From assembly GCA_017441705.1 (NCBI GenBank), contig JAFRWU010000103.1, forward strand, positions 3,081-67,080: 64,000 nucleotides of DNA, given 5' to 3'. The notes below the pieces were generated by a model, which was not told the origin of the DNA, did not search any database, and was given only the letters and a program-made list of their open reading frames with translations. The translations under genes were made by a program, and so were the position numbers. Source of the DNA: Clostridia bacterium (lineage in GTDB: Bacteria > Bacillota > Clostridia > Oscillospirales > QAMX01). This document shows positions 19,225 through 28,989 of this stretch, piece after piece. Position 1 is the stretch's first letter. Every line of letters begins with the position of its first letter.

Positions 19225-20169
19225 TCAAAGGAGCGGGGTCTCCCAAAAGGACTTTCCGTCCCGCAGCGGGAGCCCGACCCACCGCCTTTCTTTGGCGTTC
19301 CGGAATCGCATGACGACCCTTTCTTCATAGATCTCCAGAACCAGGCAGCAGTTTTTGTGATTGTATTCGCCGGAATGGTTCCCGCAGCCGACGCTCGGGA
19401 GATTGATCACCGTCAGGGTTCCGTCCTCCTCGATGCTCGCGTATCCCTTCTGCCGGGCCGACGCCTCGCCGGAGATCCCCATGTGGGAATGCCCGCTGAA
19501 ATAGAAGACGCGCGGAGCTTCCCGCAGGATCTCTTCCAGACGGGCGGATTCCGCTCCGACGCCGCTGTCCGCCGGATCCATCCCCGGATAGGGATGCGCG
19601 GTGCCGGTCTCGGGAAAGCCGTGGCGCCCGTTCAGACTTTCGTGATTGAAGACGAAAACGGGAAGGCCGGTCTCCTTTTCCTTCCGGATCTCCCGTTCCA
19701 GCCAGGAGAGCTGTTCTTCGCCGAGGATCGGATAATCGCCGCCGTCGCCGGTGCTCCCCAGGAACAGGAAGCGGAAACCGCCGAAAGTTGCAGCGGAATA
19801 CGGCGCCACAGGCTCCTTCCCCGTGATGTCGGAGGAGGCGCGCCGGTATTCCTCAAAGGCGGGATCGTATCCCCCGTAGGACCAGGTGTCGTGATTGCCG
19901 GGCATGAGGACGATCTCCCGGGCCGGGCGGGGGGAGGAGGCGAATACGGCCCGGGTCTTTTCCCAGTTCGCCGCGCTTCCGCGGGAGGTGACGTCGCCGG
20001 CGACGATGAACGCGTCCGGCACGGGACGGGCGGAGGCGGCGTCCCGCAGGACCTTTTCCAGCCGGATCATCGGGAGCCGCGGCTCCGGGTGCCGGACGTC
20101 GATATGCGTGTCGGCCGCGATCACGCAGGAGACAAGAAGACGGGGGTGCATCGGTCGGATCTTTCCCAT
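19225..20169 (-). CDS. Calcineurin-like metallophosphoesterase
   Basis: 314 aa with motifs AADTH, GDVTSRG, GNHD and GHSH. GGAGG SD is present. Confidence 0.7.
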   Translation of the reverse strand: MGKIRPMHPRLLVSCVIAADTHIDVRHPEPRLPMIRLEKVLRDAASARPVPDAFIVAGDVTSRGSAANWEKTRAVFASSPRPAREIVLMPGNHDTWSYGGYDPAFEEYRRASSDITGKEPVAPYSAATFGGFRFLFLGSTGDGGDYPILGEEQLSWLEREIRKEKETGLPVFVFNHESLNGRHGFPETGTAHPYPGMDPADSGVGAESARLEEILREAPRVFYFSGHSHMGISGEASARQKGYASIEEDGTLTVINLPSVGCGNHSGEYNHKNCCLVLEIYEERVVMRFRNAKERRWVGLPLRDGKSFWETPLL

Positions 20170-20211
20170 AAGAAACCTCCGTTTCGTTCGTTCGGGCGGA
20201 AGGACCGGAAC

Positions 20212-21255
20212 CTATCGGTTGGTCTCGTCCCAGGGCTCTTCGACCGGAAGGCGGAATTCCGAAAGCCGTATCTGACGCGTCGAGAAGGTGCCGTCGGCCT
20301 CCCTCAGGACGATCTCCCTGCCGCCGCGGTTGTCTTCGATATCCCGGTCGCGCCGCATGTCATACAAGGCACCGTCATAGGCCAGCGTGATCCCGCAGAG
20401 GGTCCCGGAAAAATCGTTCAGGTGATCGTGCCCGAAAAAGACGCCTTTCACATCGCCCCGTTCCAGAAAGGCGGCGAAAAGCCCTGTGTTCAGGACCGGA
20501 CAGCCGATCCCCTCGCCTTTTCTGCCTTCCATGCGGCACTCCGTGGGATTGTCGGCGACGAGGCGCATCTCCATCAGCGGGTTGTGCATCCACGCGAGAG
20601 CGGGGACCTTGCGGCCTTCCTTTTCCTCCAGAGCCAGAGACATGCGGTAATACCAGTCCACCTGGTTGGGGAGGGGCGTGCTGTCGACGTTCCGTACGGG
20701 AATGAGGTTATGGGGAAGGAGCAGTTCCTCCTCCGGCCGGTGAAAGGCGGAGGAAAGGTCGTTCAGGGAGGACAGCGAATCGAAGGCGAAAAGATGCCAT
20801 GCCGTCTCGTCCCGGTCCGAAAAGAAGACCGTGAGCACATAGTTGGAAAGCCCCGTCAGGCTGTGATCGCCTTCTCCGGAAACGCACGAGGGGAAAGAGG
20901 CATAGACCCAGTTCTGCATGAGCTGAACAGCGCGCCGCTGTTCCGGCGTACGGGCGGAAGCGGATTCCGCGTCGTGATTCCCGAAAACATGTGCCCAGGC
21001 GATCTTTCTCTCTTCGATCTCCTCCAGCATGAAGGAAAGGTAGTCCCGAAAGGTTTCTTCCCGGCACTCTCCGGAACGGAACATGCCGGAAACGATCATG
21101 TCGCCGCCGAAAAGCACCAGATCGGGACGGGTCTCCTCCAGCAGAAGGTGCAGGGCCTTCTTCTGCGGACGGTGGTATTTCTCCCCACCGTGCAGGTCGG
21201 AGACCAGAAGGATGTGAAAGGTGCCGTCTTTTCGGAACCGCAGGGGATTTCTCAT
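20212..21255 (-). CDS. Calcineurin-like metallophosphoesterase (second, divergent copy)
   Basis: 347 aa with motifs SDLHGG, GGDMI, GNHD and GHDH. GAGGAG SD is present. Confidence 0.7.
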   Translation of the reverse strand: MRNPLRFRKDGTFHILLVSDLHGGEKYHRPQKKALHLLLEETRPDLVLFGGDMIVSGMFRSGECREETFRDYLSFMLEEIEERKIAWAHVFGNHDAESASARTPEQRRAVQLMQNWVYASFPSCVSGEGDHSLTGLSNYVLTVFFSDRDETAWHLFAFDSLSSLNDLSSAFHRPEEELLLPHNLIPVRNVDSTPLPNQVDWYYRMSLALEEKEGRKVPALAWMHNPLMEMRLVADNPTECRMEGRKGEGIGCPVLNTGLFAAFLERGDVKGVFFGHDHLNDFSGTLCGITLAYDGALYDMRRDRDIEDNRGGREIVLREADGTFSTRQIRLSEFRLPVEEPWDETNR

Positions 21256-21438
21256 ATCGATCTCTCCTCGTACAGCCGGGAACCGCCCCGGCGCGTCTGC
21301 CAGGTATTCTCACCATGGGTATTATGCAACAGAACCGAAGCCGGTGACAAGCGCTGCGCGGGAAAAAGGGAGCACGCCGGACAGGGAAACCCCGCGGCGG
21401 TCCGTTCGGGACTGCCGCGGGGGAAAAACCCGGCGGGA

Positions 21439-22872
21439 TCAGTATGCTTTGCCCCAGAAGATGGTGGTCACCGACTTTTTGCCGCAGACCGGGCAGACGT
21501 CGTCCACCGGCGCTTCGCCGAAGGGCATGCAGCGGGAGGTGACGCCGACTTCCTCTTTCAGTCTGTCTTCACAGGCCTCGTCGCCGCACCAGGCGGTGCG
21601 GATGAAGCAGTTCTCTTTGGCGAATTCCCGGATCTCCTCGAAGGTATGGGCGGTGTGCGTGTGCCGTTCGCGGTTCTCCAGAGCTTTCTTGTAAAGCCGG
21701 TCGTGGATGGCGTCCAGAAGCTCTTTGACCTTGCCGGCGCTTCCCTCGATGGGCAGGATCGTCTTTTCCCGGTTGTCGCGGGCCACGGCCACGAAGGTGC
21801 CGTTTTCGATGTCGCGCGGGCCGATCTCGATGCGCATGGGATAACCCTTCATCTCGTATTCGGCGAATTTCCATCCGGGGGAGTTGTCCGACGCGTCCAC
21901 CGCGACCCGGAGTCCCGCGGCCTTGAGGCTTTCGGCAAGCTCGTTTGCCTTTTCGATGACGCCGCCCTTGTGGGCCGCGATGGGGATCACGACGATCTGG
22001 GTGGGCGCCATGCGCGGCGGGAGCACCAGACCGGAATCGTCGCCGTGCGTCATGATCAGACCGCCGATCAGACGGGTGGAAACGCCCCAGGAGGTTTCGA
22101 AGGGAGTGGAGAGCTTGTTGTTTTTGTCGGTGAAGGTGATATCGAACGCCTTGGCGAAGCCGTCGCCGAAATAATGGGAGGTGCCGCTCTGCAGGGCTTT
22201 GCCGTCGTGCATCATGGCTTCGATGGTGTAGGTGGCTTCGGCGCCGGCGAATTTCTCCTTATCGGTCTTTTTGCCCTTGATGACCGGCATGGCCAGGACG
22301 TTTTCGCATACGTCGGCGTAGATGTTGAGCATCCTTTCGGTCTCTTCGACGGCTTCCTCGGCGGTGGCGTGCAGGGTATGGCCCTCCTGCCACAAAAACT
22401 CGCGGGTGCGCAGGAAGGGACGGGTGGTCTTTTCCCAGCGGACCACCGAGCACCACTGGTTCAGAAGCTGCGGCAGATCGCGCCAGGAATGGACGATATT
22501 CTTGTAATGATCGCAGAACAGGGTCTCGGAGGTGGGACGGACGCACATTCTTTCGGTCAGCTCTTCGGTCCCGCCGTGGGTGACCCAGGCGACCTCGGGA
22601 GCGAAGCCCTCGATGTGATCCTTTTCCTTCTGCAGAAGCGATTCGGGAATGAACATGGGCATATAGACGTTCTGATGTCCGGTTTCCTTGAACCGGCGGT
22701 CAAATTCGGCGCGGATCGCCTCCCACAGGGCGTAGCCGTAGGGGCGGAAAATCACGCAGCCCGCCACGTTCGAATAGGAAACCAGCTCCGCCTTCAGACA
22801 GACGTCGGTATACCACTTGGTAAAGTCTTCCTCCATGGACGTGATCTGTTCCACAAACTTTTTATCAGCCAA
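21439..22872 (-). CDS. proS: Proline--tRNA ligase (archaeal/eukaryote-like type)
   Basis: 477 aa with a TTG start. It has class II aaRS motifs and a C-terminal Zn-binding CPVCG...Y end typical of this ProRS type. Confidence 0.9.
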   Translation of the reverse strand: MADKKFVEQITSMEEDFTKWYTDVCLKAELVSYSNVAGCVIFRPYGYALWEAIRAEFDRRFKETGHQNVYMPMFIPESLLQKEKDHIEGFAPEVAWVTHGGTEELTERMCVRPTSETLFCDHYKNIVHSWRDLPQLLNQWCSVVRWEKTTRPFLRTREFLWQEGHTLHATAEEAVEETERMLNIYADVCENVLAMPVIKGKKTDKEKFAGAEATYTIEAMMHDGKALQSGTSHYFGDGFAKAFDITFTDKNNKLSTPFETSWGVSTRLIGGLIMTHGDDSGLVLPPRMAPTQIVVIPIAAHKGGVIEKANELAESLKAAGLRVAVDASDNSPGWKFAEYEMKGYPMRIEIGPRDIENGTFVAVARDNREKTILPIEGSAGKVKELLDAIHDRLYKKALENRERHTHTAHTFEEIREFAKENCFIRTAWCGDEACEDRLKEEVGVTSRCMPFGEAPVDDVCPVCGKKSVTTIFWGKAY

Positions 22873-22952
22873 AACGCATCATCCTTTGCCAGTATTGATC
22901 GTGATACCATCATTTTATCCCATTTCGACGGCAAAGTCAATGTGCATTGTGA

Positions 22953-23243
22953 TCAAATAAGCGTACGGGCAAGGATCAAAACTACATGGATCGCGGCAAA
23001 ACCTTCCGCGCCGCAGAGGGAAAGGACCCCGACCGTCAGGGGATTGATCCCGATCCCGAGTCCCATCGGCGTGAAGATGCGATTGTAAAGAAAGAGGAAT
23101 CCGGTCGCCAGAGCGGCGTTCCGCACCAGAAGATAGAGCGGCCGGACCGGGTATCCCAGAAAGTGGAGCAGAGTGACGAAAAACGCGGAAAGAATCCCCA
23201 TGGCGATCAGGGTTTCCCGGAGATCGGGCGCAAGAGACGACAT
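22953..23243 (-). CDS. bofA: Pro-sigmaK processing inhibitor BofA-like membrane protein
   Basis: 96 aa with two TMs. The C-terminal INPLTVGVLSLCGAEGF pattern resembles the BofA family. GGGAGGG SD is present. Confidence 0.6.
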   Translation of the reverse strand: MSSLAPDLRETLIAMGILSAFFVTLLHFLGYPVRPLYLLVRNAALATGFLFLYNRIFTPMGLGIGINPLTVGVLSLCGAEGFAAIHVVLILARTLI

Positions 23244-23312
23244 ACACTTGTCCCTCCCTTTCGTATGGATAGGACATATATATGCCGCGCGAAGGGAAAA
23301 CTTGCCTTCCTT

Positions 23313-24032
23313 TCACGTTTCGTCCAGAAGCTCCCGGAGATGATCGAGAGCTTTTTTCCGGATCCGGGAGATCTGCACCTGAGAGGTTTTCAGAAGGGCG
23401 GCCGCCTGCGTCTGCGTCAGACCGTGATGGAACAGGAGCCGGATCACCTTCGCTTCTCTCCCGGGGAGCCGCCCGATCGCCTCCCGCAGAGAGAGCCTGT
23501 CCAGAAGGGCCTCTTCGCTTTCCCCTCCGGGCAGGAGCTCGCCCAGGGGGGAACCGTCCTCGCCGACCTCGCGGTCGAGGGAGTCGACGCCGCGGAAAAA
23601 GCTTTCGGTCTCGGCGATCTCCGCCGGGGAGAGCGAAAGACGGGCGGACAGCTCGGAAAGCCGCGGCGCCCGGCCCAGGCGCATGGAGAGCTCCTCCTCG
23701 GTCCTCCGGACAAGAAAGGCCCTTTCCCGGAGGGAACGGGAGAAGCGGACCGATCCGCCGTCGCGCAGATACCGGCGCAGCTCGCCTTCGATCTTGGGCA
23801 CCGCGTAGGTGGAAAAGGCGGTCCCGAAGGCGGGATCGAAGGAGAGGATCGCTTTGTAGAGACCGATGAGGCCGACCTGATAAAGCTCCTCGGGCTCGGC
23901 GCCCCGTCCGGTGAAGCGGCGGACGAGGCTTCGCACCAGGCCGAGATTCCGGGCGATCAGTTCGTCTCCGGCCGCCTTTTCGCCGTTCTGCGCCTTTTGA
24001 AGAAGCGAGAGTGCGGCGGGATCAGCGGGCAC
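23313..24032 (-). CDS. sigF: Sporulation sigma factor SigF
   Basis: Sigma-70 regions 2-4 are present (LIARNLGLVRSLVRRF, YAVPKIEGELRRYLRD). It lies directly after spoIIAA-spoIIAB. The start is GTG 24032 (GAAGG 9 nt upstream) or TTG 24038. Confidence 0.85.
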   Translation of the reverse strand: MPADPAALSLLQKAQNGEKAAGDELIARNLGLVRSLVRRFTGRGAEPEELYQVGLIGLYKAILSFDPAFGTAFSTYAVPKIEGELRRYLRDGGSVRFSRSLRERAFLVRRTEEELSMRLGRAPRLSELSARLSLSPAEIAETESFFRGVDSLDREVGEDGSPLGELLPGGESEEALLDRLSLREAIGRLPGREAKVIRLLFHHGLTQTQAAALLKTSQVQISRIRKKALDHLRELLDET

Positions 24033-24459
24033 GCCCAATGACCTTCTGCATCCGGACCGCCGTCCCCTTACCGGGGCGGGAACGTACGGCGAGCGATCCC
24101 ATGAAGCTTCCCATAATGGTAAAGCCCATGCCCGACCGGTCGGCGCCGCCGGTGGTATATGTAGGCTCCATCGCCTTCTGCACGTCCTCGATCCCGCAGC
24201 CCTTGTCGCGGACGACGATCTCGACGACGTTCCCCTCGTGAAGCCTGAGGACCATCTCCACCGGTCCGATTTTATCGGGATAAGCGTGCACCACGACGTT
24301 GGTCACAGCTTCGCTGACGGCCGTCTTGACGTCGGAAAGCTCCTCCAGCGTCGGATCGAGCTGGGAAACGAAAGCGGCGGCGACGCTGCGCGCCAGGGAT
24401 TCGTTCGCCGAGCGGGAGGGAAAAACGAGCTTGACGAAATTCAGCGGTTTCTTTCTCAT
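24022..24459 (-). CDS. spoIIAB: Anti-sigma F factor (serine kinase) SpoIIAB
   Basis: 145 aa with HATPase fold motifs EAVTNVVVHAY and GMGFTIM. Confidence 0.85.
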   Translation of the reverse strand: MRKKPLNFVKLVFPSRSANESLARSVAAAFVSQLDPTLEELSDVKTAVSEAVTNVVVHAYPDKIGPVEMVLRLHEGNVVEIVVRDKGCGIEDVQKAMEPTYTTGGADRSGMGFTIMGSFMGSLAVRSRPGKGTAVRMQKVIGRAR

Positions 24460-24476
24460 ACCGGTCCTCCTTCAGA

Positions 24477-24785
24477 TTAAGCGCTGAGATCCAGAAGCTT
24501 ATCCATCCCCGCTGCGGCCAGGGTCTTCCTGACCGGAGGGGAGATGGAAAAGAGACGCAGCTCGCCGTCCAGCGCTTTGACGTGTTTGTAAAGCGCCAGG
24601 ATCAGGGCGATGCCGGAGCTGTCCATAAAGGTCACCTGCCGCATATCCAGATCGATCGAGGCGGGCAGGGACTGGTCCAGACGGGTGCGGATCTCGGCCA
24701 TGGCGGTCCTGGCGGCATGGTGATCCAGCTCGCCGATCAGGGCGATCTCGCAGGAGGCGCCCGCAGCGTGAAAAGCGATTCTCAT
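24477..24785 (-). CDS. spoIIAA: Anti-sigma F factor antagonist SpoIIAA (STAS)
   Basis: The start was set at MRIAFHA (AGGAGG SD). It has the STAS phospho-serine motif FMDSSGIAL. Confidence 0.8.
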   Translation of the reverse strand: MRIAFHAAGASCEIALIGELDHHAARTAMAEIRTRLDQSLPASIDLDMRQVTFMDSSGIALILALYKHVKALDGELRLFSISPPVRKTLAAAGMDKLLDLSA

Positions 24786-24852
24786 ATCCGACCTCCTTTT
24801 TTCCTGAGTATACCCTCTTTTTTCCAAAATATCCGTCGAAAGGAAAAGAACG

Positions 24853-24892
24853 GAAAAAAGAATTCCGGACGGATTCTGAAATCCGTCCGGAA
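24853..24892 (-). terminator. Intrinsic terminator at the end of the his operon
   Basis: 13-bp stem TTCCGGACGGATT/AATCCGTCCGGAA followed by TTCTTTTTT on the minus strand. Confidence 0.7.
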
Positions 24893-24906
24893 GAGTGAGC
24901 GCGGGC

Positions 24907-25656
24907 TCATATCAGGTTTTCGTATCTGTCGAAGGCGTAAAGCAGGGTTTCCGGCGCGTGGCTGTCGCTTGCAAGGATCAGCTTGCCGCCGCCCCTTCGG
25001 ATCGCTTCCCGGATGGGCGGCGCCGGATAGGGAGAAGTGCGGTAGCCGCGGGAAATCGCTCCGGTATTGATTTCAAAGACGGCGCCTGTGGGCAAAAGAG
25101 CCGCCAGCGCCTTTTTCCAGGCCGCGACGTAGCGCGGATGCGCTTCATCGAAGAGAGGATACCGCTCCTGAAATTTGGTCACCAGATCGAAATGCCCCAC
25201 GATCGAAGCTCCCGTCTTTCTCACGACGTCGCCGACCAGGGCGTAATAGGCTTCACAGAGCGCGTAGGGATCGCCGCCGAAGCCGTCGTTTACGGCTTCC
25301 CGAAAGCATTCGGGCGAATGGTCCAGCGCGTAATAGCGGCCGTTCGCGTTCACGTAATGGACCGAGCCGATGACGTAATCGTAACAGGTGGGATCGTCGT
25401 CGGAAAAATAATCCATTTCGATGCCGCAGAGGATTTCGATCCTGCCGCGGTATTTTTCCTTCAGCCGGGCGATCTCTTTCCGGTAGGCAAGCGTGCCTTC
25501 GGGCGACATGCAGTAGGTTTCGTCGATGGGGGTATGGCTGTGCCCCGAAAAACCGAGGGTCGTGATCCCCGCCCGGAGCGCCGCCTCGGCCATTTCCTCC
25601 GCCGTACCTTTCCCGTCGCAGAAGACCGTATGGAGATGAAGGTCTTTTCTGATCAT
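24907..25656 (-). CDS. hisJ: Histidinol-phosphatase, PHP family
   Basis: 249 aa with PHP motif DLHLHTVFCDG and GFSGHSH. It is the last gene of the his operon. Confidence 0.75.
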   Translation of the reverse strand: MIRKDLHLHTVFCDGKGTAEEMAEAALRAGITTLGFSGHSHTPIDETYCMSPEGTLAYRKEIARLKEKYRGRIEILCGIEMDYFSDDDPTCYDYVIGSVHYVNANGRYYALDHSPECFREAVNDGFGGDPYALCEAYYALVGDVVRKTGASIVGHFDLVTKFQERYPLFDEAHPRYVAAWKKALAALLPTGAVFEINTGAISRGYRTSPYPAPPIREAIRRGGGKLILASDSHAPETLLYAFDRYENLI

Positions 25657-26303
25657 GAGGTCATCTTCTCCTGTTTGACCTTGTGGTCGATGACGTGACG
25701 GGAGGCCAGCTCGTCATGGATATCCTCCAGACCGATCCCGGCTTCGATCATCAGCACCAGAAGGTGATAGACCAGATCGGCGATCTCGTAAACCGTCTCC
25801 TTTTTGTCCTGCGCTTTGCCGGCAATGATGACCTCGGTGGACTCCTCGCCGACCTTTTTCAGGATCTTGTCCAGTCCCTTTTCAAAGAGATAGGTGGTGT
25901 ACGATCCCTCTTTTTTCTCCTTTTTGCGCCCTTCGATCAGATCATAGAGGATCTCCAGGGAAAACTCGTGCCGCTCCTCGCTTTCCCAAACGGGATTGGT
26001 AAAGCAGGAGTCGGTTCCGAGATGGCAGGCGGGGCCGTCCGGCTCCACCAGGACCACCAGGGCGTCGTGATCGCAGTCGGCGGTGATCGACACCACGTGC
26101 TGATAATTCCCGCTGGTTTCGCCCTTCAGCCAGAGCTCCTGCCGCGAACGGCTCCAGAAGCAGGTGAGCCCCTTCTCCATGGTGATTTTCAGGCTCTCCT
26201 CGTTCATATAGGCGAGGGTAAGGACCTTCCTGCTCTTCGCGTCCACGACGACGGCGGGGATCAGACCGCGTTCGTCAAATTTCAGTTCCGCAACATCCAG
26301 CAT
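25653..26303 (-). CDS. hisI: Bifunctional phosphoribosyl-AMP cyclohydrolase / phosphoribosyl-ATP pyrophosphatase
   Basis: 216 aa with HisI motifs (SRSRQELWLKGETSGN, CD.D) followed by a HisE helical domain. Confidence 0.9.
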   Translation of the reverse strand: MLDVAELKFDERGLIPAVVVDAKSRKVLTLAYMNEESLKITMEKGLTCFWSRSRQELWLKGETSGNYQHVVSITADCDHDALVVLVEPDGPACHLGTDSCFTNPVWESEERHEFSLEILYDLIEGRKKEKKEGSYTTYLFEKGLDKILKKVGEESTEVIIAGKAQDKKETVYEIADLVYHLLVLMIEAGIGLEDIHDELASRHVIDHKVKQEKMTS

Positions 26304-26304
26304 G

Positions 26305-27075
26305 TTATTCCCTCCGTATCCTCCGCGCGGGGATCCCCTCGCGCGCCATGGCTTCCTTCAGATCTTCGATTTTCACCTCGCCGTAGTGGAAGATCGAGGC
26401 GGCCAGCCCCGCGTCCACTTTGGGGAGGGTTTGGAACAGAGTGATGAAGTCTCCGATGCATCCGGCTCCGCCGGACGCGATCACCGGCACCGACACCGCG
26501 TCGGTCACGGCCTTCAGGAGCTCCAGATCAAATCCTTTTTTCACGCCGTCGGTGTCCATGGAATTGACCACGATCTCGCCCGCGCCGCGTTCCGCTCCGG
26601 AACGGATCCATTCTATGGCTTCCATACCGGTGTCTTCTCTGCCGCCCTTGCTGAAAACATGGAAAACGCCGTTTACCCGCTTGACGTCGGCCGAAAGCAC
26701 CACGCACTGACTGCCGTACCGCCTGGCCGCCTCCTCGATGACCGAGGGGTTCCGGATCGCGCCGGAATTGACGCTGACCTTGTCCGCGCCGCATTTCAGC
26801 ACCCGGTCGAAATCGGATACGGCGTTGATGGCGCCGCCCACCGTCAGAGGGATGAAGACGCGCCGCGCGGTTTCGGTCAGGATGTCGGTAAAGAGGCTCC
26901 TCCCTTCGGCCGAGGCGGTGATGTCGTAAAACACCAGCTCGTCCGCGCCGGCGGAGCTGTAATACTCCGCGAGCTCTACGGGGGAGGCTACGTCTCTGTT
27001 ATTCAGGAATCGGACCCCCTTGACCACCCGTCCGTTCCGGACGTCCAGGCAGGGGATGATGCGTTTTGTGATCAT
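26305..27075 (-). CDS. hisF: Imidazole glycerol phosphate synthase, cyclase subunit
   Basis: 256 aa beginning KRIIPCLDVRNGRVVKG. Confidence 0.95.
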   Translation of the reverse strand: MITKRIIPCLDVRNGRVVKGVRFLNNRDVASPVELAEYYSSAGADELVFYDITASAEGRSLFTDILTETARRVFIPLTVGGAINAVSDFDRVLKCGADKVSVNSGAIRNPSVIEEAARRYGSQCVVLSADVKRVNGVFHVFSKGGREDTGMEAIEWIRSGAERGAGEIVVNSMDTDGVKKGFDLELLKAVTDAVSVPVIASGGAGCIGDFITLFQTLPKVDAGLAASIFHYGEVKIEDLKEAMAREGIPARRIRRE

Positions 27076-27791
27076 TTCGTCACCTCGATGGCTTCCTTCA
27101 GATCGACGTCGCCGGTATACAAGGCCTTACCCACAATGGCGCCGTACAGACCGAGGGAGGAAAGCGCCTTGATATCCTCCAGAGAGGAAACGCCGCCGGA
27201 AGCGACGATCTTCATGGAAAAGCGTTCCTGGAGCTTTTTGTAAAGCGCCCGGTTGGCGCCGCGCATGGCGCCGTCCCGGGAAATATCGGTGGAGATCAGC
27301 GTGGACAGCCCCATCTTTTCCAGCTTTTCGCAGAAGGCGAAGGCGTCGACCCCGCTCTTTTCGCGCCAGCCGCGCACCGCCGCTTCGCCGTCCAGGATAT
27401 CCACGCCTACGGCGATCTTCTCGCCGTAACGCGCCAGTGCTTCCCGGAGAAAGGCCTCGTTCTCCAGGGCGGCGGTACCGAGGATCACCCGGTCCAGCCC
27501 TGCGGAAAGATACTTTTCCACCGTTTCCATCCGGCGGATCCCGCCGCCGATCTCCGCGGAGAGCCCGCTTTCCCTTTTCAGGCGGAGCACCGCGTCGAAA
27601 TTCGGCGTCGTCCCGTCCCGGGCGCCTTCCAGATCCACCAGATGGATCCATTCCGCCCCCGCGTCCCGGAAGCGCAGCGCCGCGCGCAGGGGGTCTGATT
27701 CATATACGGTCATTCGGGCGTAATCGCCCTTCAAAAGCCTGACGGCACGACCTTCGTAGAGGTCCACGGCCGGGAAAAGGATCATAAGCAA
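27072..27791 (-). CDS. hisA: ProFAR isomerase
   Basis: 239 aa with ILFPAVDLYEGRAVRL and GGGIR motifs. Confidence 0.9.
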   Translation of the reverse strand: MLMILFPAVDLYEGRAVRLLKGDYARMTVYESDPLRAALRFRDAGAEWIHLVDLEGARDGTTPNFDAVLRLKRESGLSAEIGGGIRRMETVEKYLSAGLDRVILGTAALENEAFLREALARYGEKIAVGVDILDGEAAVRGWREKSGVDAFAFCEKLEKMGLSTLISTDISRDGAMRGANRALYKKLQERFSMKIVASGGVSSLEDIKALSSLGLYGAIVGKALYTGDVDLKEAIEVTK

Positions 27792-28402
27792 GCCTCACTT
27801 TCCGCAAAAGCCTTCAGGATCGAAAGACCGATCCTTCCGCTTTTTTCGGGATGGAACTGGCATCCGTAAACCGAACCCTTCATGACCGCCGCGGTAAGAG
27901 GCGCCGAATACTCGGTGACCGCCGTGATCGAATCCCCGCAGTCCGCGGCGTGGAAGGAATGGACGAAATAGACGGCGTCTCCTTCTCTGACGTCACGGAA
28001 AAGAGGACAGGGCTTCACGAAATGCAGGGCGTTCCAACCGATGTGCGGGATCTTCAGGGAAGGATCGATCACCTCGCCGATAGGCCTTACCTCGCCCCTG
28101 AGAAGGCCGAGACCCGGGTGCACGCCGAATTCAAGGCTTCTTTCAAACAGAAGCTGCATCCCCAGGCAGATCCCGAGCACGGGCTTTCCCTTCGCCGTTT
28201 CCGCAAGGAGCGCCTCAGCCATTCCGCTGCCCGTCAATTTGTCCATGGCGTCGCCGAAGGCGCCTACGCCGGGCAGGATCAGCCGGTCCGCCGCGGCAAG
28301 GCCCGCGGGATCGGATATCACCTCCGCCGCCGCGCCGACCGCGGCAAAGGAGCTTTTCAGGGAAAAGAGGTTCCCGACGCCGTAATCGATGATGCCGATC
28401 AT
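27782..28402 (-). CDS. hisH: Imidazole glycerol phosphate synthase, glutaminase subunit
   Basis: 206 aa with IGIIDYGVGNL, GICLGMQ and the HSF/H..E triad. Confidence 0.95.
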   Translation of the reverse strand: MIGIIDYGVGNLFSLKSSFAAVGAAAEVISDPAGLAAADRLILPGVGAFGDAMDKLTGSGMAEALLAETAKGKPVLGICLGMQLLFERSLEFGVHPGLGLLRGEVRPIGEVIDPSLKIPHIGWNALHFVKPCPLFRDVREGDAVYFVHSFHAADCGDSITAVTEYSAPLTAAVMKGSVYGCQFHPEKSGRIGLSILKAFAESEACL

Positions 28403-28989
28403 GAAAGCACTCCTTTGGTGGACGGGATCCCGGAAGGATCGGCTCCGTCGGCGGAGACGGCTTCGCGCAGGCTCCGCGCAGCCGACTTGAAAGCGCCTTC
28501 TATGACGTGGTGGGAATTGGAACCGGCAAGGCTCCGGACGTGCAGGGTGATCCCGGCGTTGACGGCGAAGGCGCGGAAGAATTCCTCCACCAGCTCGGTA
28601 TCGAAGGTCCCGACCTTTTCCGTGGGGATTCTGAGATCGTAAGCGAGGAATCCGCGCCCCGAAAGATCGACTGCCGTAAGGATCAGGGCTTCGTCCATGG
28701 GAAGGATCGTATGGCCGTAACGGCGTACACCGCGCTTTTCACCGAGCGCTTCGGCAAAGGCGCGCCCCAGGACGATCCCGATATCTTCCGCAGAGTGATG
28801 ATCGTCGACGTACGTGTCGCCCTTGCAGGTAAGATTCAGATCGAACCTCCCGTGCCTGGAAAACAGGGTCAGCATGTGATCCAGAAAGCCGATGCCGGAA
28901 GCGATCTCGCTTTTTCCGGATCCGTCCAGATTCAGGAAAAGCTCGACTTCGGTTTCGGCGGTTTTGCGGGAGAGGGAAGCTTGTCTCAT
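28399..28989 (-). CDS. hisB: Imidazoleglycerol-phosphate dehydratase
   Basis: 196 aa with RKTAETEV, DDHHSAED and NSHHVIEGAFK motifs. Confidence 0.95.
   Translation of the reverse strand: MRQASLSRKTAETEVELFLNLDGSGKSEIASGIGFLDHMLTLFSRHGRFDLNLTCKGDTYVDDHHSAEDIGIVLGRAFAEALGEKRGVRRYGHTILPMDEALILTAVDLSGRGFLAYDLRIPTEKVGTFDTELVEEFFRAFAVNAGITLHVRSLAGSNSHHVIEGAFKSAARSLREAVSADGADPSGIPSTKGVLS

Noticed and set aside
19219-23088. 1289-aa plus-strand ORF
   Set aside because: It runs antisense to two metallophosphoesterase genes, proS and bofA. Its composition (R/G/P/A-rich) is typical of stop-free shadow frames in high-GC DNA.
24834-24840. CGTCGAA resembling a Spo0A box (TGTCGAA) upstream of spoIIAA
   Set aside because: It is a single imperfect heptamer. 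That is insufficient to call a regulatory site without a motif scan.
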